DNA of 41,770 nucleotides from Octopus sinensis (GCF_006345805.1 NW_021832631.1:1-41770); one strand, 5' to 3'; numbered from the stretch's first letter, positions 1 to 11,706 are shown. Translations and numbers: made by a program. The notes: generated from the letters alone by a model not told the origin.

Positions 1-600
1 GCGTGGTGGTGGTGGTGGTGGTAGTAAAGGTGGTGGTGATGATGGTAGTGGTGGTGGTGGTAGTAAAGGTGGTGGTGATGATGGTAGTGGTGGTGGTGGT
101 GGTAGTGGTGGGGGTGATGATGGTAGTGGTGGTGGTGGTAGTAAAGGTGGTGGTGATGATGGTAGTGGTGGTGGTGGTGGGGGTGGGGGTGATGATGGTA
201 GTGGTGGTGGTGGTAGTAAAGGTGGGGGTGATGATGGTAGTGGTGGTGGTGGTAGTAAAGGTGGTGGTGATGATGGTAGTGGTGGTGGTGGTAGTAAAGG
301 TGGTGGTGATGATGGTAGTGGTGGTGGTGGTAGTAAAGTTGGGGGTGATGATGGTAGTGGTGGTGGTGGTAGTAAAGGTGGTGGTGATGATGGTAGTGGT
401 GGTGTCGGGGGTGGGGTGATGATGATGGTAGTGGTGGTGATGGTAGTAAAGGTGGTGGTGATGATGGTAGTGGTTGTGGGGGGTGGTGGTGGTGGGGGTT
501 GATGATGGTAGTGGTGGTGATGGTATTAAGGTGGGTGGTGATATGGTAGTGGTGGGGTGGTGGTAGTGGTGGTGATGGTGGTATTAGTACCAGTAGGGGT
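1..600. repeat. (GTG/ATG)-rich minisatellite with a 39-bp higher-order unit
   Basis: Unit gtggtggtggtggtagtaaaggtggtggtgatgatggta recurs about 10 times, then decays. The ORF 3..419 (VVVVVVKVVVMMV repeats) is simply its translation. Confidence 0.9.
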
Positions 601-1019
601 GTTGGTGATATTGGTGCTGGTGGTTTCAGTGGTAGTTGTGGTTTCGATGTTTAACAAATGAAGTGACCGGTGACAATGTTGTTGTTGTTGGTATTTTTAC
701 TCTTGTTCTTCTTCTTGTTTTTGTTGCTATTTCGGGTGTTCTTGTTTCTGTTGCTATCGTTACTGTATATTTTTAGTCTCCAGGTCATTCCTAAGTCAGC
801 AAACTATAATAGAAGACAACCCAGCCTCGACCATCCTGCCTGTTAATCAGTTGCAGTACACCTAGGACAACGTTTCTAATGTGTCCTTCCGTTTTTTTTT
901 TCTATATGTGTGTTTGATTTCGGTGAGATTTGGCCGCTATCTTTAGCTGGGTGCGCGACCACATTGAGGGCCACCTGCCCCTCGTTTGTTACAATCTACC
1001 TCCTACTACCGCTCCTCCT

Positions 1020-1053
1020 CCTTCAACTACTACTACTACTGCTACTACTACTG

Positions 1054-1090
<37 letters not shown>

Positions 1091-1105
1091 ATAATAATAA
1101 TAATA

Positions 1106-1146
<41 letters not shown>
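1020..1146. repeat. Compound (CTA)n(ATA)n microsatellite
   Basis: Read directly from the sequence. Confidence 0.95.
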
Positions 1147-2187
1147 GCCAATGGATTGGCAGAATCAGTAGAGTGTCAGACAAAATACTTTGTAGTATTT
1201 AGTTACGTCTGGTCGTATCCTGAGCTCAAATCTCACCGAAGTCACTTTTACATTTTATTTTTCTCGGCGGCCAAAGGGGAATCAAATGGCGAAGGCGTTA
1301 GAACATCGAAAAGAACCTCACGTGGTATACTTGTTGCGTCACTATACGTCTTGTGTTCAAATCCCACCAACGTGAATGCTGCCTTTCATTCTCTCCGGGG
1401 TCGATAAATTAAGTCATCAACCCGAGTTGATGGGTTGACGGAATTGCCGAGGCATAGGATAAGGACGGGATTGCTTTGTAGTAATTATTCCGATTCAGTT
1501 CTGTACGTTCTGACTTGAAATATCGCCGATGATCTAGGTGGTTGATCAACACTAATTGGGAAAGACGTAACGGGTGGAGGATGATTGTGACCCTTCCGTT
1601 GCTGTTACGGGCTCCCTCTGGTGATGATAATCAAGGTGGCTGGAGTGCGTCTTATCGGTTATATCTATCCTCTTTACTGAACTTATGTTAGAAATCATCA
1701 TTGTTATCGTCGCTGTCGTCGTCATCATCATCATCGTCATTTTTATTGTTAAGGCGGAATCGTAAGCACACCGGATAAAAAGCTTAGGGGCATTTCTTCC
1801 GGCTTTACATTCTGAGTTCAAATGCCGCCCAATTCGATTTTCCTTTCATACTTTCGGAATTTATAAAATAAGCATTTGTTAAGCACAGGATCGATGAAAT
1901 CAAATTGGCCTTCCTCTCACAACTACTGGACTTGTACGGAAATTAAAAAGAACTATAATTGTTGTTGTTGTTAGCAATCTGGACGAAATGCTTAGCGACA
2001 TTTCTTCAGGCTTTATGTTTTGAAATTCAAGTACTGCCGCGGTCAACTTTACGTTTCATCCTTTCAGGGTCGATAAAAAATGTACCAGCGGAGCACAGTG
2101 GTCTGTATAATCGACCAACACCCTCTCCCAAAATCTCAGACTTGTGCTCATAACAGAAAGAATTATTATTATTATTATTATTATTAT

Positions 2188-2225
<38 letters not shown>

Positions 2226-2442
2226 TTTCGTTATTAATATTATTAAAGGCAGTGCGCTGGACGGAATGCTTAGCGGTATTTCGCCCATCGTTACGTTCAG
2301 AGTTCAAATTCCGCCGAGGTCGACTTTGCCTTTCATCCTTTCGGGGTCGATAAATTAAGTACCAGTGAAACACTGGGGTCAATGATGTAATCGACTAGTC
2401 CCCACCCACCAAGTTTGAGGGCTTGTGCCTCCAGTAGAAAGG

Positions 2443-2491
<49 letters not shown>

Positions 2492-2930
2492 TATTATTAT
2501 TATTAAAGGCAGCGTGCTGGCAGAATCGTTAGCTCGCTGGACGAAATGCTTAGCGGTATTTCGCCCATCGTTACGTTCTGAGTTCAAATTCTGCCGAGGT
2601 CGACTTTGCCTTTCATCCTTTCGGGGTCGATAAATTAAGTACCAGTTTTAGTACTGGGGTTGATGATGTAATCGACTATCGCCCTCTTCCAAATTTCAGG
2701 CCTCGTGCGGCACGCTGGCAGAACCGTTAATGAGTCAGACAAAATATTTAGTGACATTTCGTCCAGTTTTACGTTCTGACTTCAAATTCCGCCGAGGTTG
2801 ACTTTACCTCTCATCTTTTCGGGGGTCGATAAAACAAGTACCAGATGTAATTGATGTAATCGATTTAACCTGAAATTTCTGGTCTTGTGCCAAAATTTGA
2901 AGCCAATTTTATTATTGTAATTGTTGTTGC
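1146..2930 (+). mobile_element. Head-to-tail array of about 7-8 tRNA-derived SINE copies (family 1, ATT-tailed type)
   Basis: Repeated core gttctgagttcaaattccgccgaggtcgactttgcctttcatcctttcggggtcgataaa with A-box/B-box-like heads. Best copies at about 2245-2445, 2504-2706 and 2708-2915; older ones at about 1146, 1340, 1751 and 1970. Confidence 0.85.
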
Positions 2931-3389
2931 TACTGCTGTTGTTATTCTTTAACTCTGATGAGCTATGAGCCAGCAGACCCATGAATAATCGACCGCGTTC
3001 CAGTCGTGACAGTTCCGTTTGTTTTTATTTGTTTGTTTTGAGTATTTTTGTTTTTGTGATTTGAGTATCTGGGGCTCAATTATCTTTGACGATGTTATTC
3101 TTGTAACGTAAAAATAAAACAGAAAAGAGCCAACTAGTTGACAACATCGTTTTTAGCTTCTTTTCATTTCATTCAACTGTCTAACGCTAAAGTAACAAAA
3201 TGGCTTCTCCTTTCTTCAGATCCGCCTACAGAAAGATTACTGCAAACTAAGCCAAACAACCAACCAATAAACAAAGGAAAAGAAGTGGTAAAAAAATATA
3301 TCAATCAGGTGACAGAAAATGTAATGTACAATAATTATAATACTCCAGCAACAGCAAAAATATCCTTCACAAACGTTCTTTTAAACAAG

Positions 3390-4000
3390 CGAAAAAAACA
3401 CTGATGTAGAATATTTTGCCGGAAGACCGAGAGTTTTGCAGTATTTTGTACACAGGCTGGATGCTAGATTACCATAATCAATTACAGAGGCATGTGAGAG
3501 ATGGAAAGGAATATACCTTTGTCTTGCTAAGAATACAGGAGGTTTTCTTTGTTCTGCCTGCCGCAGCAGATATTTTTGAATGAAATATCGTTCATGAAGA
3601 GAGGAAAGGCGTATGGCGCTGAATGTGTGATCTTTAAACTAGAAAACGGAGCGAAAAAGCAAGCCCTAGTAGTTAACACACGATATGCGTACCTATAAGC
3701 TCTTCCTGGAATATTTAGGACGGAGAGAAACAAAGTTCAACCTCTGGGTAGGGGTTACCTTCGTAGTATAATATGAGAAGGCTGTCAGTATAGATGCAAC
3801 ATTGGATTAATTTGGATCAGGTAGAATCAGCATGGACATAAGTCTTCGTGACCCTGCAAGACCACAAAACAATACCGGAGCTATATCCTGTAGAAAGTGC
3901 TGACAGATAGACCTCCAAACCCAGCATCTAAAATAAAAGGCCCAGCTGCTATATATGTGGAACTAAATCTCATTTAAGGGCTTTCTACACAGAAAGCCTT
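3390..4000 (+). pseudogene. Degenerate non-LTR retrotransposon ORF1 (gag-like) with zinc knuckles
   Basis: 3947-3988 reads CYICGTKSHLRAFY, a CX2CX4HX4C knuckle with the last C changed to Y (tgc>tac). 3889-3930 reads CRKC*QIDLQTQHL, a second decayed knuckle in another frame. Multiple stops and frameshifts upstream. Confidence 0.65.
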
Positions 4001-5017
4001 ATGGAACAAAGCAGTGATATCAAATCATAAAGCTGGTTGGTCGTAAGACGACGCCAGGTAAAACTTGTGAGTCGGCATATAAAATTGCCCCTTCCTCATT
4101 GCCTAGAGCGAACAATGAGGCCCAAAAAGCCACTCTTCTGTGGCTAGAAGAATGGGCTAAGGGAAGGCGAATCATCTATACCAGTAACAACGACAGCTAG
4201 TAGTAAACGATAAGGAAAGTACTCACCTCATAACAACACCAAATCGTCAACTTAAGAGGAGGAAAACTAGGCGGAGGCTGATGTGAAAAAGTAGACAATT
4301 TTTAAAATACACAATGACCCAACGGAAAAATAAAGTACAAATGTAAGATGGAGTAAACCTCCCGTGAAGAGGAAGATAATCTCTTTCAATGACGGAATCA
4401 TATTTTATGAAGGAAAACCAATAATCTACGATTCACAGCCTTCGCAAAAGAAGAAACAAAAAGAGTTCTGATAAAACATTTATAGAAGATGCACAAGAAA
4501 TATCTAAACGAGGTAAAGATCGAGAAAGAAATGGGATCACATTTTTAAGCAGCCTAAAAACGACAGCTAAATAGTTGAAATTTTAGATAGACTTTACGAA
4601 GTATTATATTTCAACGATTCAGAAAACGTGGGCCAATACAACACAATGAATCTTCATGGATGACTAAGGAATCTTTTGCAATTTCCAATAGATGAGGGAA
4701 ATTGAGTGCAGTTGTTGCCATGGTAGTGAAGAGCTCTGATCAATGCGAGTAGAAGCTGAAAAATTTTTATATAAACGCCATCTTTTTATTCTTGATTTAT
4801 TGTAATTTTCGTTTTCTTTTAAACTTTTAATTCATTCAAGTCACGTCCTCCCACGTCTTTGTACACCTTATTATCCGCGCCCAGTCCCCGTCTTCATAAG
4901 AGCTCGGTTTAAATCAGTTTAAGGTTTATTTGCTTTTTTTTTGTTTTTCCTTTTCTTTCCTTTTTTTTTTCTTTATTTCTTTATTTCTGTATTTCTTCGA
5001 CTCCTTGTGGCGTTGTT

Positions 5018-5225
5018 GGGATTTGCAGAATCGTCAGCCGCATCAGAAAAAAAATTCTTTGCCGTATTTGTTCCGGCTTTTTAATTTCTGATGCCAAATC
5101 TCGCCGGGGTTAACTTCCCCTTTCATCCTTCCGGGATCGATAAAACAGAATACCAGCTGAGTGCAAGGAACGATTTAATCGACAGCCTCCTCGCACAAAA
5201 TTTCAGGGCTATAGTAGAAATTATC
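5018..5225 (+). mobile_element. Old family-1 SINE copy
   Basis: Diverged core cccctttcatccttccgggatcgataaaa and tail aaatttcagggctatagtagaaa. Confidence 0.7.
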
Positions 5226-5227
5226 AC

Positions 5228-5278
<51 letters not shown>

Positions 5279-5305
5279 TATCACCATTCTGCGTTCTGAA
5301 TTCCT

Positions 5306-5722
5306 TATTTCTTTATTGCCCACAAAGGGCTAAACGTAGAGGGGACAAACAAGGACAGACAAACGGATTAAGTCGATTACATCAACCCCAGTGCGTAACT
5401 GGTACTTAATTTATCGACCCCGAAAGGATGAAAGGCAAAGTCGACCTCGTCGGAATTTAAACTCAGAACATAGCAGCAGACGAAATACATATTTCTTTAC
5501 TACCCAGAAGGGGCTAAACACAGAGAGGACAAACAAGGGCAGACAAACGGATTAAGTCGATTATATCGACCCCAGTGCGTAACCGGTAGTTATTTAATTG
5601 ACCCCGAAAGGATGAAAGGCAAAGTCGACCTCGGCGGAATTTGAACTCAGAACGTAACGGCAGACGAAATACCGCTAAGCATTTCGCCCGGCGTGCTAAC
5701 GTTTCTGCCAGCTCGCCGCCTT
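5306..5722 (-). mobile_element. Family-1 SINE (gaaata-tailed type): full copy plus partial tandem copy, inserted in an older SINE
   Basis: Full copy 5489-5722 and 5'-truncated copy 5306-5488 on the minus strand. The host SINE (about 5285-5303 and 5723-5885) is split near ttctgaat, which occurs on both sides. Confidence 0.85.
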
Positions 5723-5883
5723 TCTGAATATAAATTCCGTCGAGGTCGTCTTTGCCTTTCATCCTTTCGGGATCGATAAAATAAGTACCCGTTGAACACC
5801 GGAATCGATGTAATAGTCTCATCCCCTCCTCCAAAATTACCTTCCTTGTGACAAAATTTGAGGCCATTATTATTATTATTATT

Positions 5884-6526
5884 GAGTGAGAGAGCAGTGC
5901 ATGCCATCAAAGTGACACTGGGGTAAAATATACGAAGCCCAGCATACCCATCATGACTACCCGTCTGATAAGGGTACACCAGGCACATGCATCACAACCA
6001 TATGTGCGCGACATGGTGATCTCATATCAAGATAAACAGCACATGACCTTGCAGGTGGGGCCCAGTTAGAATTTTCTTCAGGTCGAGTAGCCCATCCTGC
6101 TCAAAAGGTCCCTGAATAAGGGTTGCTTTAGGATGTTGAACGAAACAACCCATGTTTCCAGAGGGGAATTATTCAAACTCCAAAGAATCCCTCTCAACAC
6201 ATGGCTATGATGCTCCCCCACTACTTCTGCTCATTATCAAGATGCACGTATTGTCAGCCACTAAGGGACATGCTCAACTGGTTAAGGTCAAACAACTGAC
6301 GAGCAAATCTGTGGTATTGAGCAGAATATTTGCTGTAGCCCATCTTTTATACAAGACAAACAATGTACATGATGACACTTCCAATCAGTTAAGATCAGAA
6401 GCCATGAGAGCCACTGCCTGGTACTGCATCAGGGCATTTATTATTATTATTAATTATTATTATTATTATATTATTATTATTATTATTATTAATTATTATT
6501 ATTATTATTATTATCATTATTATTAT
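5884..6526 (+). mobile_element. ~555-bp non-coding retroposon-like repeat with (ATT)n tail
   Basis: Non-coding body ending agggcatt followed by (ATT)n. An internal segment recurs inverted at 40961-41116. Confidence 0.6.
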
Positions 6527-6644
6527 AAAATTCTGGCCCTTGTGCCTAGATTAGAAAATATTACTATTATTATTGTTGTTGTTGTTCGTGTTCGTGTTGT
6601 TTTTTATAATTATTAATATTCATTTCATTAATATACTTTTTAGT

Positions 6645-7185
6645 GTGGGGATTGCAGATTGGCGGAACCGCCAGAGCGTCAAGCAAAAATACCTTACAAT
6701 ATTTAGTTGCCATTCTTTACGTTCTGACTTCAGATCCCAAGAGGAGGATGTTAGCTTTCTCTTTCATCTTTCCGGCATCGATAAAATAAAGTGCTAGCCA
6801 AGTATAGGGGGGGGGTCGATATAATCGATTATCTTTCCATCGAACCAAATTTCTAACCTTCTGCCTACGTATGAATGGATGCGTGTTTGTTTTTCTTGCT
6901 GATTTCATCGTTTTAATCCAGGTTAATCCGACCCCACAGCTTCTTGTGGTCAACATTTTGCATCCATAGGGCAGCGAGCTGACAAAGCATGTCAGGCAAA
7001 ATGCTGAGCGGCATTTCGAGTTCGAATGCTGCCGGAGTCAACTTTGCCTTTCATCTGTTCAGGTTCGATAAAATAAGCACCTGATGAGCTCTGGGATCGA
7101 TGTGATCGACTTACCTGCCCCGCAGAAAAATTAATCCCTACCCCGATATCGCAGTCCTAGTCCAAAATTTTGAAGCCAATATTCC
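6645..7185 (+). mobile_element. Two diverged family-1 SINE copies (about 6645-6870 and 6965-7185)
   Basis: Degenerate ctttcatc...cgataaaataa cores with matching heads and tails. Confidence 0.7.
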
Positions 7186-7376
7186 GCGTCTATACTCCGA
7201 CGGCCGGGGGTGTTTGTCTCCCCTTCATATATGTATATAAGGACACAGGGAAAAATGTGTCGAAGCTGTTAGGGCTATACAACGGTGGTGTACTGTCACG
7301 TTCTTGTTAGATTGACAGTATACAACCATTCTATCGCCCCACCACCGTACATGTCTCTACGAGAGATTTAGAAATT

Positions 7377-7419
<43 letters not shown>

Positions 7420-7496
7420 TATATGCATGTATGTATGTGCGTGTGCATGTATGTGTGTGTGTATGTGTGTGTGTATGTGTGTGTGTGTGTGTGTGT

Positions 7497-7532
<36 letters not shown>

Positions 7533-7700
7533 GTGTGTGTGTGTGCGTACAAACTTGTTACCAGTTCAAATAGACTTGAAACCTATTCGAACCTGTAAAA
7601 ACCTCATTCACTGTATTTTGTCGTGGAGTAAATTTCTCGCTGTAAACAAATGGGTGTAGACTGCCAGCTCATCGCCACCACCAAATCTTGGTATTCTAGG

Positions 7701-8043
7701 GGAGCACTCCGTCGGTTACGACGATGAGGGTTCCGGTTGATCCGAATCAACGGAACAGCCTGCTCGTGAAATTAACGTGTAAGTGGCTGAGCACTCCACA
7801 GACACGTGTACCCTTAACGTAGTTCTCGGGGATATTCAGCGTGACACAGAAAGTGACAAGGCCGGCCCCTTGAAATACAGGTACAACAGAAACAAGAAGT
7901 AAGAGTGAAAGAGTACAGCAGATATCACAACCATCCCCTGCCGGAGCCTCGTGGAGCTTTAGGTGTTTTCGCTCAATAAACACTGGGAATCGAAACCGCG
8001 ATCCTATGACCGCGAGTCCGCTGCCCTAACCACTGGGCCATTG
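7701..8043 (-). mobile_element. tRNA-derived SINE, family 3, tail variant 1
   Basis: Reverse complement begins caatggcccagtggttagggcagcggactcgcggtcataggatcgcggtttcgattccc (A box and B box). Imperfect TSD ttggtattctagg (7688) / ttggtatactaagg (8051). Confidence 0.8.
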
Positions 8044-8389
8044 GTATACGTTGGTATACTAAGGTAAAGGTATTAAATAAATTTATGAACATAAAAGCAA
8101 CTTAAGGTTAGCATTGTACCCGTTCCCTTTTCAATCCTCACAAGCCCACCACCTCAGACTCATTCCTTCTGAGATTGTTGTCGTTGCCTTAGCACGAGGA
8201 GTTCAATCTCTGTTGGAGCTGACTTTGTCTTTTAATCGCTACATTCTCGTTTAGCTAATCGATAACCAATTACTAGCTATATGCTAGACTTAATCGATAT
8301 TTCGTCCAGGTCACTGACCGGCCAATATTTTACTCTTATTCTGTCGAAAGTCTTTGGAAACCCTAAGAAAAAAAAGACAGGGACAGAGG

Positions 8390-8545
8390 TGACTGTGTGG
8401 TAAGAAGTGTGTTTCCTAAGCACATGATTCCAGGTTCAGCCCCACTGCGTGACACCTTGAGCAGGTGTCTTCTACTATATCCTCAGGCCGCCTAGTGATT
8501 GGATTTGGTAGACAGAAACTGAAAGAAACTCGTCATGTATATATA
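8390..8545 (+). mobile_element. 5' half of a family-2 (CORE-like) SINE
   Basis: Motif ggttcagccccactgcgtgacaccttgagcaggtgtcttctact. The caccttgggcaagt-type motif resembles the CORE domain of MIR-type SINEs. Confidence 0.75.
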
Positions 8546-8761
8546 TATATATATATATACACAAATTAGAAAATGGAGAAAATACTAAATCAATCAAACG
8601 TCAACCATCAGATGATACCAATCAATACTTTATTACACCATTACATAACAGTAAAGGCATTATACAAAATATATTGTAATATAATTAGACAAGGAAATAT
8701 AAAATATAAAATATAAAATATAATATATAATTATATAATTATATAATTATTAATTAATATA

Positions 8762-8800
<39 letters not shown>

Positions 8801-9075
8801 GTATGATGTATGTATGTATGTATGTATGTATGTATGTATGTATCATTGCTATCATGGAAAAGTATCGTAAGTTCAAAACGTTGCTTTTTCGGAAAACGAA
8901 AAAATAGTTTCACCATTCCATAGCAAAACCGTTGTATTACACTTTGACAATTGAAGCAGCTGGAGATACGATAGTTTGACCTAAAGGATCAACTATTCCA
9001 TGCAAAACTAAATACTGAAAATAAAAACGCATATTACTAAATTTGGACATACGACAGTTTAACATAATAGCAACT

Positions 9076-9118
<43 letters not shown>

Positions 9119-9305
9119 GGGAGAGTTCACGAGAAAAACAAAAGACGAAGACAGGTGGTGTACAAAACAAACAGATGTATTAGTATAACGCTCAGGAATA
9201 GAAAAAGTATTTTACGTTTCGAGCCTACGCTCTTCTACAGGAAGGGACACAGAAAGAAACAAGGAGAGAAAAAATGTGTGTAGTGGCCAACGATCTATCA
9301 TGGCA
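9119..9305 (-). mobile_element. Short Penelope-like terminal-repeat (pLTR) remnant with a variant hammerhead motif
   Basis: Shares acgctcaggaa, ttacgtttcgagc and gccaacgat with 25048-25240. The minus strand reads CTGTAGA-A-GAGC-GTAG-GCTC-GAAACGTA. Confidence 0.5.
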
Positions 9306-9628
9306 GATAGATAGATAAAACTTACTTGGAAAACGAAGTCGCGTCTTGTCCTTGCCTTCGCAACGTGGAGTAGATGAAACAAGGACAACTGAAGAAGGGG
9401 AATATTCTTAATGTTGTATGTCTCGTTTCTCTATTTGTTTTTTTTTCGTTGTTCGAAAAAAAAGGTCGTTTCTATGTTTTTGTTTCTATGTTTTCGTTTC
9501 TCATTGTGTTCAACTTTTTTTTTGATGTCCTGTACCCATATATGCATATATATATACATATATATGTAGGTATGTACATATATGTATGTATATATGCATA
9601 TATTTATGTATTATTTACATATATATTT

Positions 9629-9704
<76 letters not shown>

Positions 9705-9832
9705 GTTTCTTTATGGGCCACACAGATGGGACAAGTTACAAGGTAGAGCTTTTCTTTTGGGGGAGAAAAAAAAAGGTGGCGTAGGTTTTCGATCAAAAGG
9801 GATCGTAGATAGATAGATAGATATGGGGGAGG

Positions 9833-10062
9833 TTGTGTCTATGATTGTCCCCCACCAGCGCTTATCAACTGGTGTTGGTGTGTTTACGTCTTCGTAAGTT
9901 AGCAGTTCGGCAAAAGTCGACTGAATAAGTAGCAGGCATTAATAGAAAAAAAAACCCAGAAAAAATAAGTAATGGGGCCAATTCGTTCGACTAAAATTTT
10001 TCAAGGCGGTACCCCAGCATGGCCGCAATCTAATAACGGAAACAAGAGATAAACGATGAAAT
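9833..10062 (+). mobile_element. 3' half of a family-2 SINE
   Basis: ggtgtgtttacgtc...gcagttcggcaaaag...aaggcggtaccccagcatggccgca matches the 3' half of the full copies. Confidence 0.75.
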
Positions 10063-10364
10063 ATGGGAGATAGAAGATAAAGACAGTGGGCGTTGCTCTT
10101 TTTCCTCTCGCCAAAAGATCAAAGCAGCATGGTCGTTTAGTAATGGGCATTACAATTAATATTACAACATGGCTTCAAGAACTGTTCTTGTTATGGCGGT
10201 TATTAATATCGTTTTGCTTTTGGTGCTTATATAATTTTTCTCTGTTTTGTTTCTATACTGTTTCTGGCCGTTCTTGTTATTTATATTCTGCTGCTGCTGC
10301 TGCTGCTGCTGTTGTTGTTGTTGTTGTTGTTGCTGTTACTGTGATTGTTTTATCGTTGTTATTA

Positions 10365-11170
10365 TTAGCTATGTATTCAAACTCTGCCGAGTTCGACTTT
10401 GCCTTTCATCATTTCGGTGGGGAGAGGGGGTCGATAAATTAAATACCAGTGAAACACTGGGGTCGATGATGTAATCGACTAGTTTCCTTCCTCTTGTTCC
10501 TACTACAGAAAGGATTATTAACTTTTTTGTGTGAGGCGGCAAGCTGGCAGAATCGTTAGCGCGCCGGGCGAAATACTTAGCGGTATTTCGTCTGCCGTTA
10601 CTGTTCTGAGTTCAAATTCCGCCGAGGTCGACTTTGCCTTTCATCCTTTCGGGGTCGATTAAATAAGTACCAGTTATGCACTGGGGGCGATATAGTCGAC
10701 TTAATCCGTTTGACTGTCCTTGTTTGTCCCCTCTACGTTTAGCCCCTTGTGAGTAGTAAAGAAATAGGTATTTCGTCTGCCGATACATTCTGAGTTCAAA
10801 TTCCGGCGAGGTCAACTTTCACTTTCATCCTTTCGGGGTCGATAAAGTAAGTAGCAGTTGAACACTGGGGTCGATGTAATCGACTTAACCCCCCCCCCCC
10901 CGAAATTGCTGGCCTTGTGCCAAAATTTGAAACCATAATTAGTTTTGCTTTTGTGGGGTTTTTTGGGGGGTGAGTCTAGTTTTCACAATGTTGTTTTAAT
11001 CGATGTTTTTATTATTTGTGTTGTTGAAGGCGGTAACCTGGCAGGACGGTCAGCAGGCTGGACGAAATTCTTAGCGGCATTTCTGATACTTAACGTTCTG
11101 AGTTCAAATTCCTCCGAGGTCGGCATTGCCTTTTGTCCTTTTGGGGGTCGATAAAATGAGTACCAGTTAA
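10365..11170 (+). mobile_element. Cluster of family-1 SINEs (about 10365-10520, 10534-10935 composite, 11027-11170)
   Basis: Clear cores. The composite has a full gaaata-tailed copy (10534-10767) followed by a second body starting at gtatttcgtctgcc. Confidence 0.85.
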
Positions 11171-11309
11171 GTAACACCCCCGCAACCAACGTGTCATGCA
11201 TGGTTTAACATCACAGGGGGTGGGGGTGATTTCAGTGAAATTTGGCTACTATATTTAGCACGTCGAGTGACCTCTTACAGGTTTCCACCTTTTGAAGTTG
11301 ATGTTGATC

Positions 11310-11674
11310 TTGTTGGCGCTGTTGTTGTTGTTGTTGTTTTGGTTGTTATTGTTGTTGTTGTTGTTGTTATTGTTTTTGTTGTCGGTGTTGTTGTTGTTGT
11401 TGTTTTTTTTTGGTTGTTATTGTTGTTGTTGTTATTGTTTTTGTTGTCGGTGTTGTTGTTGTTGTTGTTGTTGTTATTGTTTTGGTTGTTGTTGTTGTTA
11501 TTGTTGTTGTTGTTGTTACTATCACTGCTGCTGCTGCTGTTCTTGATGTTCTTATTCTTGTTGTTACTACTGTTGCTATCTCGTTTGAGAGCGTTTTCCA
11601 TTTATTAATAGCTTTATTGCTGCTGTTGTCACCCTTAATGCTGCTGCTGCTGCTGCTGTTGTTGTTGTTGTTGT

Positions 11675-11706
<32 letters not shown>

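Noticed and set aside
8912-9015. Minus-strand exon after a strong-looking acceptor (tttattttcag)
   Set aside because: All three phases from this acceptor hit stops within 26 codons and the peptides are unrecognisable.
9386-9420. ctgaagaagggg motif as a hammerhead (also ctgatgaag on the minus strand near 12360)
   Set aside because: No downstream GAAA core or stem III, so no ribozyme fold can be drawn.
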